In this document: positions 31,938 to 42,032 of the stretch, piece by piece
Layout of the letters: every line of letters starts with the position of its first letter
How positions within the stretch are numbered: position 1 is the stretch's first letter
NCBI GenBank assembly: GCA_963737635.1
Contig: CAVTTL010000001.1
Location: 1,312,001 to 1,376,000, forward strand
Length of the DNA stretch: 64,000 bases
Reading direction: 5' to 3'
DNA from: an uncultured Methanoregulaceae archaeon
GTDB taxonomy: Archaea; Halobacteriota; Methanomicrobia; Methanomicrobiales; Methanospirillaceae
The notes under the pieces: generated by a model
The model's input: only the letters and a program-made list of their open reading frames with translations
The model's database searches: none
What the model was told of the DNA's origin: nothing
Position numbers and translations under genes: made by a program

Positions 31938-32792
31938 ATGATAGATCGGATTATTCGTAGTTTCGAATTGGTAAAGGCGAGCTGGCGGATCCTGATGGAG
32001 GATAAGAAACTCCTTGCATTCCCCATAATCTCCGGTATTGTAACGCTGCTCGTCATCGCAACATTTATCCCTGTTATATTCTTTTCGAACGGTTTGTTTT
32101 CATTTAACACGAATACCCTCGGTGGAATCGGTTTTCTTTTCCTCTTTTATCTCGTCAGTTACTTTGTTGTAATCTTCTTTAACGTAGGTCTGATCAGCTG
32201 TGTTAACGCAAAGCTGAACGGAAAAGATATGACGGTCAAAGAGGGGCTCTCAGCCGCCACTCGCCACCTCGGCTCAATCATTGCCTGGGCGGTCGTGGCT
32301 GCCACAGTTGGTCTCATCCTGCGCATGATCGAAGACCGGTCCGGGTTCCTTGGCCAGATCGCCGCCTCGATTATCGGCGGTGCGTGGAGCCTGGTCACCC
32401 TTTTTGTTGTACCGGTACTCGCTTTCGAGGACAAAGGTGTCTTTGAAGCAATGAAGGAATCGCTGGAACTTTTCAAAAAGACCTGGGGAGAGAGCGTTAT
32501 CGGAACGATCTCGATCTCTCTCATCTTTGCTGTTATCGGCTTTGTGGGCCTCCTTCTTGTAATCGGCACACTTTTCGTCGGTAATACGACGCTCTTTTTG
32601 GCTGCTCTTGCGCTCTTCATTGTGCTCGTTGCCGTTCTTGCAATCCTCGCATCTGCGATGCAGGGAATTTTCACCGTAGCGTTGTATACGTATGCAAAAA
32701 CCGGCTCAGCACCGGGTATTTTTCCTCCCGGTATAGTTGAAAGTGCGTTTACCCCGTCAAACCGACAGCAGTTCGGCCCGGGAAACATCTGA
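31938..32792 (+). CDS. DUF6159-like membrane protein
   Basis: Multi-TM, AWS..T.FVVP...E and LFKKTWGE motifs. Confidence 0.7.
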   Translation: MIDRIIRSFELVKASWRILMEDKKLLAFPIISGIVTLLVIATFIPVIFFSNGLFSFNTNTLGGIGFLFLFYLVSYFVVIFFNVGLISCVNAKLNGKDMTVKEGLSAATRHLGSIIAWAVVAATVGLILRMIEDRSGFLGQIAASIIGGAWSLVTLFVVPVLAFEDKGVFEAMKESLELFKKTWGESVIGTISISLIFAVIGFVGLLLVIGTLFVGNTTLFLAALALFIVLVAVLAILASAMQGIFTVALYTYAKTGSAPGIFPPGIVESAFTPSNRQQFGPGNI

Positions 32793-32850
32793 TTACTCTT
32801 ATTTTTTTGATTTTACCAGGATCCGCATTATTACCGATTTTCAGGACGCA

Positions 32851-33513
32851 CTAATAACTGAGCTGGCATTTTTCGAAATTTCCGTCCGTGTAGACCATGA
32901 TAGTGACGGGTGCGCCCTTCCTGTGCTGTCGCATGCGACTGTCGTAGATTTTCTGGACGTGTCGGAGCCCGTGCCGGGCAAACCATTCCTGCACGCATTC
33001 TAAAAATGCGATCTGGTGAGTGAGGAAGGCATGTTCATATTCCATTGTTTCCCGGGCAATAGCAAGACTTTCATCGTCTGTGATCTTTATATCGTATTCC
33101 CCATGCTTGTCAAGACCGGAGATCTGGCGCCAGTCCACGTTTCCTCTTTCATCAGGTTCCCGGTGGAGCATGTAAGGGTAGATCCGGCAGATCGCAAACC
33201 TGTTCTCATATATCCTGCACCTACCGTTTTCAAGGAACCAACACGATCCTACGGCGTCATTCTTTACCTTCAGTGCATAGCCGGACACATAGAATATGCC
33301 GTTCTGGTCGCAGAACTCGGGATTCGGAGCCGGTTCGAGTGCTTCGGGATCGATTTCACGAACTATAACTACATCCCGGTCGAGAAGGAAAACATGGCCG
33401 TTGAATGCACGTGTGCAGCATTTTGCGCAAGCAGTGCACCGGAACCCGACATCCCGTATTACACCGGGAAGATGATGTATCGGATACTCAAAAAGGGCAT
33501 TTTCCTCCTGCAT
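32851..33513 (-). CDS. YkgJ family cysteine-cluster protein
   Basis: FRCTACAKCC, C.FL...C.IY..R..ICR.YP. Confidence 0.88.
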   Translation of the reverse strand: MQEENALFEYPIHHLPGVIRDVGFRCTACAKCCTRAFNGHVFLLDRDVVIVREIDPEALEPAPNPEFCDQNGIFYVSGYALKVKNDAVGSCWFLENGRCRIYENRFAICRIYPYMLHREPDERGNVDWRQISGLDKHGEYDIKITDDESLAIARETMEYEHAFLTHQIAFLECVQEWFARHGLRHVQKIYDSRMRQHRKGAPVTIMVYTDGNFEKCQLSY

Positions 33514-33747
33514 CAGGGCAGCGATACGGTAGGGAATGGGGGTAAGAGAAACGATAACCACCGCTATGTACGGGATAGGGCGTCAACAAATATTGCCTTT
33601 GTGCCATCTCCTGTAAGGAGGGGAATGATCCTCATGAATATCCGAAAACGGTTAAAAACTACAAAACGGGAAATGTTTGAAACCGGGCGAATAAAATATT
33701 CCTTTTATCTTGAATAGTTTTCCCGGATAAAATTTTTGTTGGGGTTT

Positions 33748-34032
33748 TCAGAGTACGGTTCGCAGCAATGCAATGTTTTTTTCCAGTTTTGCAAGAATTT
33801 TCTCGCCAGAACGGTTCTGCGGGATCTTTTCTTCAGTAAAACTTTTACTGAGACCGTATTTCACAAAAATTTCACCTTCCGTGCTGAGATAAATATTGTT
33901 CAGTATCTGCTGATCACGCAACCGGTCAAAATCAGTGATTCCTTTCTGCGAAAGCATTTCGCGAATCCGTTTCACCTTTCCGCGCTCATATGCACTCAGG
34001 TTTTTTGAGCCTTTTGGTCGTCCTCGTGGCAT
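33748..34032 (-). CDS. Small basic protein with N-terminal AT-hook
   Basis: Starts MPRGRPKGSKN; TATATATA 24-32 nt upstream of ATG (leaderless layout). Confidence 0.65.
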   Translation of the reverse strand: MPRGRPKGSKNLSAYERGKVKRIREMLSQKGITDFDRLRDQQILNNIYLSTEGEIFVKYGLSKSFTEEKIPQNRSGEKILAKLEKNIALLRTVL

Positions 34033-34270
34033 ATACAAAAAGTTTTGTCTGGATCTATATATATGGATAGGATCGTTGGCATGATTGAGACCATGATTGA
34101 TATATAATTGAAAGATAATCCGGGAATATAAGGATTCGCAAAATCGCTTTCAAACGAAGAATTTCCCCAAAAAAATGGAATATTCGTGGAGATTTGTCCG
34201 GATTTTGAATACAAAAAGATACGCGCGGAAAAAATGAAAAAAAAAAGCGACAAAAATTACAGCACCGATT

Positions 34271-34735
34271 TTATGAACCCACCATAATGGGTGTTTGCTT
34301 TTCTGGGGCCTTTTTCTGCACTGCCGGTTTCTGGAGATGAGCCTGATGTGAAGGTTCTTTTGCTTTCTCTTCGTGATGCCCAGTCATTATCCTGCTCTGG
34401 TGTGCGAGCGCTGAAAGAATCTGCCGGCTGACTTCAAGATTTTCCTTGGTGAGTGCGGCTATATCCGCCATAATTTTTGTCTGATCGGCGATAAGCGCTT
34501 GGATCTCATGAGAATTTGTCGCACCGGTATCAGCCTGCGGAAGGGTCAGTTGTCGTTTCTTTGCAAATTCGCTCCGGCGCTTCCATATCTTGCTGATACT
34601 GTCAAGGCCTTTTTTTGTATCCGGGAATACTTTGAGGTACTGCTCATAAAATTCATGGCTGTCCCTGCACGTGAGGACGAGATCGATCTCTGCCTCCTCA
34701 ACTACTTGGTATTTTCGGGCTGGAGTTTTCTGCAT
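34271..34735 (-). CDS. Hypothetical protein with coiled-coil
   Basis: 154 aa, heptad region IQALIADQTKIMADIAALTKENLEVSRQIL. Confidence 0.7.
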   Translation of the reverse strand: MQKTPARKYQVVEEAEIDLVLTCRDSHEFYEQYLKVFPDTKKGLDSISKIWKRRSEFAKKRQLTLPQADTGATNSHEIQALIADQTKIMADIAALTKENLEVSRQILSALAHQSRIMTGHHEEKAKEPSHQAHLQKPAVQKKAPEKQTPIMVGS

Positions 34736-34934
34736 AACTATACACTTCTAAGTCTACCATGCGGGAAAAAAGAATTGTGGTTCATGCGTATCTTTGCTCA
34801 TCACAAATAACGAAAGCAAAACCGTATTTGGTTTTTTTGTTTTCTGCGAACAGGATATATCATTGGATGTTGCCATCGATCATTTTCACCCTGCCCACCC
34901 CTCTGCATAAAAGGCTGGTACTTCACCATTCTTT

Positions 34935-35390
34935 ATGGCGTTTGAAGATGCCCTCGTTTATGTCGTCATAGCACTAGTCGCCGGGTTTCTGTTAGGCTGG
35001 TTATTTGTGAAGGCGCAGATTTCCGCTATTGAGCAACGATACCGGGCGGATCTTGAACGGTGGAAAGCCGAATCTGCCGCAGAGATACGGAAAGACTCGG
35101 TCAACCGGTCCCGTTCTACCTTGAAAGGAAAAATTGCCGAACAGATGGCTCCCCTGCTGCCGGAGTTTGCATATCTTCCCGCAGATGCCCGGTTCATCGG
35201 GTCCCCGGTCGATTACATTGTCTTCGATGGCCTTTCAACAGTTGCCGATGAAAAAGGATCCGCTATCAGTATCGTATTCATGGACGTGAAGCATGGGAGC
35301 GCCACGCTTTCCCGGACACAGCGGATAATAAAGAAAGCGGTAGAGGAAAAAGCTGTTTCATGGCAGACTCTTCATCTTGAAGACCACTGA
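34935..35390 (+). CDS. Membrane-anchored Holliday junction resolvase-like endonuclease (Endonuc_Holl)
   Basis: N-terminal TM, SRSTLKGKIAEQMAP, DARFIGSPVDYIVFDGL, DVK. Confidence 0.85.
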   Translation: MAFEDALVYVVIALVAGFLLGWLFVKAQISAIEQRYRADLERWKAESAAEIRKDSVNRSRSTLKGKIAEQMAPLLPEFAYLPADARFIGSPVDYIVFDGLSTVADEKGSAISIVFMDVKHGSATLSRTQRIIKKAVEEKAVSWQTLHLEDH

Positions 35391-35547
35391 TGGGTAGTGC
35401 TGGATAAGACCCAGCGCGTCCGTTAGATAAATCTACTTTCCCTTGGAAAATTGAACGGCACCGGAAAGATGCAGAGGCAAAAAGACCATGTTCTGTTGAT
35501 TTAACTACTGAGTTCTCACGTATTGAGGGTTAAAAATCGAGAAAAAA

Positions 35548-36045
35548 TTAGTAGGCCCTAAAAGGCACAAACTCGTCGATGATCTTGACCCGGTCTCCTT
35601 GGGGGGTAACCACCCAGACTTCCGCCCTATCATTGTTACCGGTCGTGCCCGGGAGACTGACGGTAGTCTGACCTATATAGAGGGGTTGTGTCATATTGCC
35701 GGTCTCTACTATACCATCGGAACGAGTAAGCATAACGTCGATTTCAGGAATTAAATTCTGGCCCATGCCACCTTCGAATGTGAAAATTACCTGCGGATTT
35801 ATTGCCTTTCCATTACTTTGTACCTGAACCGTCACATCCCAATTAGGTTGTACCGTCTGGGTTGGCCCCGGTGTTGCGGGCACAAAGGTAGTTGGTACGG
35901 CAGTAGCCGAGGTAACTGGAACAACTGTGGTTTGTTGCGTCGTTGGAACCGGTGTTGCCTGCTGGGTTGCGGGTTGAGTACACCCGGCAAAGAAAAGGAA
36001 AAGCACAAGGAATGCAATACCGCCAAGGAGTAAATTCATTTTCAT
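35548..36045 (-). CDS. Hypothetical lipoprotein with Thr/Pro linker
   Basis: FAGC lipobox, TPVPTT-rich linker, beta-rich C-domain. Confidence 0.75.
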   Translation of the reverse strand: MKMNLLLGGIAFLVLFLFFAGCTQPATQQATPVPTTQQTTVVPVTSATAVPTTFVPATPGPTQTVQPNWDVTVQVQSNGKAINPQVIFTFEGGMGQNLIPEIDVMLTRSDGIVETGNMTQPLYIGQTTVSLPGTTGNNDRAEVWVVTPQGDRVKIIDEFVPFRAY

Positions 36046-36233
36046 GCAGGAGGTTTCACCTTGTGAAGTATTTAGGGTTGTGTGTGGGAACAGGGAAAAC
36101 CATTTTTTAATCTGGAAGATTCCGCTGAGTCAGTCGAGCCATTTGTTCACGGACTGGCAGTACGTGTACATATCTTTGATATCGATCGTTTTCGGCGATA
36201 AAAGGATTTTTAATTATAGGCTAGAGAGTGATT

Positions 36234-37827
36234 TCACTCATGACGCCCTTGAGCTGGTTCGATCCCGGTAGGTTGGCCCCGGATCGTGCGCTCCTTCATG
36301 ATTGTGTAAACCTCTTCTGCGCAGTCACGGGGCACCTCAACAAAAGAGTACGTATCGAGGATCCTTATTGCCCCGATGGACTTACCTGGGATACCCGTTT
36401 CACCGGCAATTGCACCAACAATGTCCTTTGGGGCGACATTATGGTCGCGGCCGAGACCCAAAAAGAACCTTACCATACCGGGTTCTGCTCCGGTATCGCC
36501 GAAATCAACCGGGGTACTGCGGTCCTTGTGGGAATCCGCACCCTGTTCCATACGCATTTTCAAAAGAGCAGCGGCGATTTCAAGCGTGGAAAGATCGCCT
36601 TCCTGTTCGATCATCCGTGCATACTGCTCAATACCGCCTTTTCTGACAGTCTCGTGGACCTCGTCGATTATCGTCCGGGTCCTTGACTCCATCACATCGT
36701 TTGCGGTGGGGAGCGCTTTTTTTGGGATCTGGACTTTTATGTATTTCTGGATCTCCCGGAAGCTTGGTGTAGTCGCGGGGCGTAACAAACATGATTGCCC
36801 GACCGCTTTTGCCTGCCCGTCCAGTCCTGCCGATACGGTGGACATAGTACTCAACGTCCTGCGGGACGTCGTAGTTAATCACCATATCCACATCCTCGAC
36901 ATCTATCCCGCGCGCGGCAACATCTGTTGCGATGAGGATATCAATACTGCCTTTCCGGAAACCGCTCATGACCCGGTCCCGCTGGGACTGTTTCATATCT
37001 CCATGGAGCTCCTCGGCGCGGTAACCCCGTGCCCGGATGTGGCCGGCAAGGTCTTCTGCGCCCCTCTTAGTATTGCAGAAGATGATAGTAAGCTCCGGGT
37101 CGACGACATCGATTACCCGGCAGAGAGACTCGAGCTTGTCCCGGTCCCTCACTTCGATATAGGATTGTTCGATAGCAGGAACGGTGAGTTCTTGGTACTC
37201 AACCCGGACAAACTCAGGCCGGTTCTGGAATCTTTTTGAGATCTCGATGATGGGCTGGGGCATCGTCGCGGAGAAAAGGAGTGTCTGCCTCTTCTGGGGA
37301 ATGCGTTTGAGGATATACTCAATGTCATCCCGGAACCCCATATCCAGCATCTGGTCAGCCTCGTCGAGCACTACCCTGGAGACATTGTCGAGCGAGAGGG
37401 TCCGGCGCCTGAGATGGTCCATCACGCGCCCAGGCGTCCCGATAACGACGTGGACGCCATGGGCAAGGGCTTTGAGCTGGCGTTCTATGGGCTGACCGCC
37501 ATAGACCGGGAGAACGGAAATTTTCGGAAGATAGGTAAGGAGATGGGAGAACTCCTCGGCAATTTGGATAGCGAGTTCCCGTGTCGGGCACAGGACAATA
37601 GCCTGCACGACCCGTTGCGAAGCGTCGATGTTTTCGATAACAGGAATGCCAAATGCTGATGTCTTCCCGGTACCTGTCTGTGCCTGCGCGGTCACGTCCC
37701 GGCCGGACTGGATAAGGGGAATGGCAAGCGCTTGGATGGGGGTAGGCTCTTCAAAGCCCATGTTTTCGATGGCTTTCTCGATCTCTTTTGAAAGCGAAAG
37801 ATCGGAAAACTGCAATCTTGAATTCAT
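36234..37827 (-). CDS. DEAD-box RNA helicase (DeaD/CshA-like, DbpA RNA-binding domain); frameshift near 36757
   Basis: Q motif, AQTGTGKT, PTRELA, DEAD, SAT, ARGID, HRIGRTGRAG; second frame gives IVGAIAGE..IGAI...YSFVEV. Confidence 0.9.
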
Positions 37828-37943
37828 ATCGCACGACTATTTGACGCTCAGGCTCATAAGATGTACCTTATCTCATAGTTTCCCCGGGACTACTAATAGT
37901 ATTATCAACGGGGCGATGCTACCGGGAATTGTCAGGGAACACC

Positions 37944-38516
37944 ATGAAAGTCATCGCATTTAATGGGAGCGCCCGCAAGGACGGTAATACCGCGATCCTT
38001 GTACGGACACTGTTTAAAGAGCTCGAAAAAGGAGGCATCAAGACCGAGCTTGTGCAGCTTGCAGGCAAGAAACTGCACGGGTGCACTGCCTGCATGAAGT
38101 GCATGGAGAATCGGGATCGCCGCTGTGTGATCGACGATTTTGCAAACGACTGCATCAAAAAGATGGACGAAGCTGACGGGATCATTCTTGCCTCGCCGAC
38201 ATATTTCTCTGATGTAACTGCGGAAATGAAGGCACTGATCGACCGGTCTGGTTTTGTTGCCATGGCAAACGATTCGATGTTCCGGCGCAAAGTGGGGGCC
38301 GCGGTTGTGGCAGTGCGCCGGGGCGGGGCAATCCATACATTCGATACGATCAATCATTTCTTCTTCATCAGCCAGATGGTCGTCCCGGGATCATGCTACT
38401 GGAACGTTGGAATCGGGCTTGCGCCGGGCGACGTGGATCATGATGAGGAAGGGCTCAACACCATGAAAGTGCTGGGCGAGAACATGGCATGGGTCATGAA
38501 AAAACTCAAGAAGTAA
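37944..38516 (+). CDS. Iron-sulfur flavoprotein (Isf)/flavodoxin family
   Basis: NGSARKDGNT, C..C..C-x7-C, SPTY. Confidence 0.88.
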   Translation: MKVIAFNGSARKDGNTAILVRTLFKELEKGGIKTELVQLAGKKLHGCTACMKCMENRDRRCVIDDFANDCIKKMDEADGIILASPTYFSDVTAEMKALIDRSGFVAMANDSMFRRKVGAAVVAVRRGGAIHTFDTINHFFFISQMVVPGSCYWNVGIGLAPGDVDHDEEGLNTMKVLGENMAWVMKKLKK

Positions 38517-38554
38517 TTTTTTTCATTCCTGGCACCGAGGAGACTTCGGGGCAT

Positions 38555-40000
38555 TCATTCTTTCAAGCATTCAAGTGTGCTTGTATCCTCTTCAATCCTG
38601 CTGTGGTGCCGGCTGTAAAGGACGTAGATCACGAGGCCGACGGCAAGCCAGAGTACGAATCTCAGGTGGGTCACGAGCGGCAGTGCAACGATCAGTAAAC
38701 CGCAGGAGAGGATGCAAAAAACCGGCACAAAGGGGACAAACGGGCACCTGAACGGCCGGGGTAGCGATGGTTGCGTGTGACGGAGGACGATTATGCCAAG
38801 CGAGACAATCATGAATGCAGCAAGCGTTCCGATGTTGACAAGCTCGGCGATGGCAGTTAGCGGGAGAAAGCCGGCGATGAGCGCGATGACGGCACCGACA
38901 AGGATAGTGACCTTGGCCGGGGTCCGGTAAACGGGATGGATCTGCCGGAAGATCCCAGGGAGCAGGCCGTCCCTTGACATGGCAAAGAAGATGCGGGTCT
39001 GCCCGTACAGGAGCACAATGATAACGGAGGTGATCCCGCAGATTGCCCCGACCGAGATCAGCGCGGATCCCCACGAGATCCCAATCTGTTCAAGGGCAAA
39101 AGCAACCGGGGCACTCGTCCCCGCAAAGAGTGTGTAAGGAACGATCCCGGTGAGAACTGCGGAGACGGCAATATAGAGCACGGTCGCGATTGCAAGCGAT
39201 GAAAGAATGCCAAGAGGTACGTCCCTTTGCGGGTTTTTGACTTCTTCTGCTGCAGTCGAGACTGCATCGAAACCGATATAGGCAAAAAAGACGATCGCTG
39301 CCCCAGTAAGGACACCGCTCCAGCCAAACGGCATAAATGGTACCCAGTTAACCGGCCGGATATGTCCGAAGGCGAGGTACAGGAAGAGAAGGATCACGCC
39401 AAGCTTTATCGCGACAATCACCGTGTTGACACGGGCACTCTCCCGTACTCCGATGATGAGCAGAACGCTTACTAAAAGGACGATGATCATTGCCGGGAGA
39501 TTGACCCGTCCCCCGCTTGTACCGGGTGGGTTTATGAATGCAGCGGGTATTATGATCCCTGCACCTGCCATGAGGCTTGTGGCATACCCGGACCCACCGA
39601 CCGCCACAGCTGCAATGGAAACCCCGTATTCGAGGATCAGGTCCCAACCGATGATCCAGGCCCAAATCTCACCGAGCGATGCATAGCTGTACGTATACGC
39701 GCTTCCGGCGACAGGAACCATCGCGGCAAACTCCGCGTACGAGAGGGCGGCAAATGCACAAACGATGCCGGCGATGATAAAAGAGATGACAAGTGCCGGC
39801 CCGGAATAGTTCGCTGCCACCAAACCGGTAATGACAAAGATACCGGTACCGATAATGGCACCGATACCCATGAGCGTCAGATCGAGCGGCGAGAGGACCT
39901 TCTTAAACGCGTGCTCGCCACCGGTACACTCCATGAGCTTGTCGACGGTTTTGGTCCGGAAGGCCCGGGTATTTTTTGGGATGAGTGCCCTGAGGTTCAT
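38555..40000 (-). CDS. APC family amino acid permease
   Basis: GAIIGTGIF, GSAYTY, FFAYIGFDA, RPFRCP; about 12 TMs. Confidence 0.92.
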   Translation of the reverse strand: MNLRALIPKNTRAFRTKTVDKLMECTGGEHAFKKVLSPLDLTLMGIGAIIGTGIFVITGLVAANYSGPALVISFIIAGIVCAFAALSYAEFAAMVPVAGSAYTYSYASLGEIWAWIIGWDLILEYGVSIAAVAVGGSGYATSLMAGAGIIIPAAFINPPGTSGGRVNLPAMIIVLLVSVLLIIGVRESARVNTVIVAIKLGVILLFLYLAFGHIRPVNWVPFMPFGWSGVLTGAAIVFFAYIGFDAVSTAAEEVKNPQRDVPLGILSSLAIATVLYIAVSAVLTGIVPYTLFAGTSAPVAFALEQIGISWGSALISVGAICGITSVIIVLLYGQTRIFFAMSRDGLLPGIFRQIHPVYRTPAKVTILVGAVIALIAGFLPLTAIAELVNIGTLAAFMIVSLGIIVLRHTQPSLPRPFRCPFVPFVPVFCILSCGLLIVALPLVTHLRFVLWLAVGLVIYVLYSRHHSRIEEDTSTLECLKE

Positions 40001-40043
40001 GAGTATGCCATCATTATTTTATAGCAGTTGATCAGGAATACTC

Positions 40044-40787
40044 TCACACCTCAATCGTTGTCCCATCCTCAGATATCACTAAGCCCGGGCATTCCTTTTC
40101 AAACTGTCCCTTCAGGGCCCGGCGTTCTTCAAGGGTATGGTACACCTCTGCCCCGAAATGCGTTAGTGCAAGGCGTTTTGCCTTGGCCACTTCGGCGATA
40201 TGGATCGCATCTTCGGGATTCAGGTGCTGCCAGTCCGGGCTTTTCTGCCCGGGCTTTAGCCCGCACTCGGTGATGAGAAGATCGGCGCCGCGGGCAAGAG
40301 TGATTGCGTTGTCGCAGATGCCGGTGTCGGTGCAGTAGGTAACGATCTTACCGTCAATCTCGAACCTGAACCCCCGGCAAGGAACGGGATGGACCAGCGG
40401 CAGGGAAGTGATCTTAAAAGGAAGTTCATGGACGCCGTCGGTGAGTTCCTTCACTGTGACCGCGAAGGGGACTTTGTCAAGCGGCACCGTGTAAGGATCG
40501 CGGACAAGCCCTGCAAGATCTGCCTTTGTGCCGACCTGTCCGCAAATTGTCAGCCCTTTCCTGAACCGGAACTTCACCAGCGTGTGGAGCCCTTCGGTAT
40601 GGTCGAGGTGGAAATGACTGATGAACAGGAAGACCGGCTTATCCTGCGAAATATACCGGTTAGCCTTTGCGATACCGTTTCCAGCATCAAGGATGATATT
40701 GCAATCCTGTGCCGAAATCAGGGCCGAGACCGTGTTCCCGGTGGCGGAGTCGTACCAGCCGTTTGTTCCAAGAAAGGTAACCTTCAT
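40044..40787 (-). CDS. MBL-fold hydrolase (RNase Z-like)
   Basis: FLGT.G, LDAG.G, SHFHLDH, YCTDT, LTH. Confidence 0.85.
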   Translation of the reverse strand: MKVTFLGTNGWYDSATGNTVSALISAQDCNIILDAGNGIAKANRYISQDKPVFLFISHFHLDHTEGLHTLVKFRFRKGLTICGQVGTKADLAGLVRDPYTVPLDKVPFAVTVKELTDGVHELPFKITSLPLVHPVPCRGFRFEIDGKIVTYCTDTGICDNAITLARGADLLITECGLKPGQKSPDWQHLNPEDAIHIAEVAKAKRLALTHFGAEVYHTLEERRALKGQFEKECPGLVISEDGTTIEV

Positions 40788-40958
40788 ACCCGGAACTTGG
40801 CCTTCTTTCATCATCAAGGTGCAGGTACCTGGGAGATTGCTGTGAGGGACTAACCCGTTCTCGCGCTTTTCCTGTGAGATCGATCACAATCTCCATGTAC
40901 CAGGGCGCCGCAATGGTAATCAGATGCAGGTAATTCCCGCACCGGAGCGTGGCCGCCT

Positions 40959-41804
40959 ATGGCACCGGTAAGAGTCGGCGTACATGTCTCAATCGCCGGT
41001 TCGCTCGATCTTGCCGTCGACCGGGCAAAGGATGCCGGCTGCGATGTCTTCCAAATGTTCTCGCGCAACCCCCGGGGATGGGGGTTCAAGCCGCTCGCTG
41101 ACGATGACTGCACCCTTTTCAAGCAGAAAATCAAGACGACCGGTCTTCTCCCGGTCGATCATATGCCCTACCTCCCCAACTTCGCATCCCCGAAGTCCGA
41201 GAATTGGGATAAATCGGTGCAGACCCTTCAGGCTGAACTCGATCGATGCGGGCGCCTCGGCATTCCGTATCTTGTCACCCATCTTGGCCATCACCTCGGG
41301 GACGGGATCGCGGGAGGAAGAGCGCGGGTGATAAAAGCAGTAAACACAGCGCTTGAAACATCAGATAATGACGTAATGCTGTTACTTGAAAATACCGCCG
41401 GCGAGAAGAACAGTGTCGGTAGCAGTTTCGAGCATATTCAGGCGATCATCAACGGGATTGAAAAAAGCGACCGGGTTGGCATATGTTTCGATACCTGCCA
41501 CGCATTCGCCGCTGGGTACGAGCTGCGCACCGAGGATGGTCTTGCTGCCACCCTTGTACAATTGGACAAGACCCTGGGTATCGATCGGCTCAAGGTCATC
41601 CATGTCAATGACACCAAAGGCGATCTTGGGAGCGGCCTTGACCGGCACGAGCATATCGGTATGGGGTTCATCGGCGAAGATGGCTTTCGTCGCATCCTTC
41701 ACAACCCGGTCTTCTCCCGACTCCCGCTCATCTGCGAAACGCCGGTAGATGACCGAAGAGACGACCGGGGCAATATTCAGGCAGTGCGGGACCTTGCCCG
41801 ATAA
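40959..41804 (+). CDS. nfo: Endonuclease IV
   Basis: GVHVSIAG, H.PYL.N, LLENTAG, CFDTCH.FAAGY, DRHEHIG.G. Confidence 0.95.
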   Translation: MAPVRVGVHVSIAGSLDLAVDRAKDAGCDVFQMFSRNPRGWGFKPLADDDCTLFKQKIKTTGLLPVDHMPYLPNFASPKSENWDKSVQTLQAELDRCGRLGIPYLVTHLGHHLGDGIAGGRARVIKAVNTALETSDNDVMLLLENTAGEKNSVGSSFEHIQAIINGIEKSDRVGICFDTCHAFAAGYELRTEDGLAATLVQLDKTLGIDRLKVIHVNDTKGDLGSGLDRHEHIGMGFIGEDGFRRILHNPVFSRLPLICETPVDDRRDDRGNIQAVRDLAR

Positions 41805-41810
41805 TTTTTT

Positions 41811-42014
41811 TTAATATCGCCGGATATGAGTGATGCGCTCTTCACTTACCGGTTGTTCGTAGTACTCCGGTGAATAGATTCGCTCTTCCACGACTCCTGC
41901 TGCCTCTTCGAGGTTTTTGGTCATTGCCAGGCATTCAGAACCGTGCGCTCCATTAACTTTAACCTGTATTCTTCCTTCCTTATCGATCACGATCTCCATT
42001 TCCTGCATTTCCAT
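41811..42014 (-). CDS. DUF2997 family protein
   Basis: 67 aa, I..EG...V.G..G..C...T..LEE..G.V.....EYY; AGGAGG SD. Confidence 0.85.
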   Translation of the reverse strand: MEMQEMEIVIDKEGRIQVKVNGAHGSECLAMTKNLEEAAGVVEERIYSPEYYEQPVSEERITHIRRY

Positions 42015-42032
42015 GATTTTTTCCTCCTTTTG

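Noticed and set aside
34935-35390. Resolvase-like nuclease as sign of a provirus
   Set aside because: No viral or integrase genes nearby; family is common on chromosomes
40879-41999. 17/18-nt repeat (ATCGATCACrATCTCCAT) either side of nfo, both reading MEIVID
   Set aside because: About one such match is expected by chance in 64 kb; similarity does not extend; no integrase
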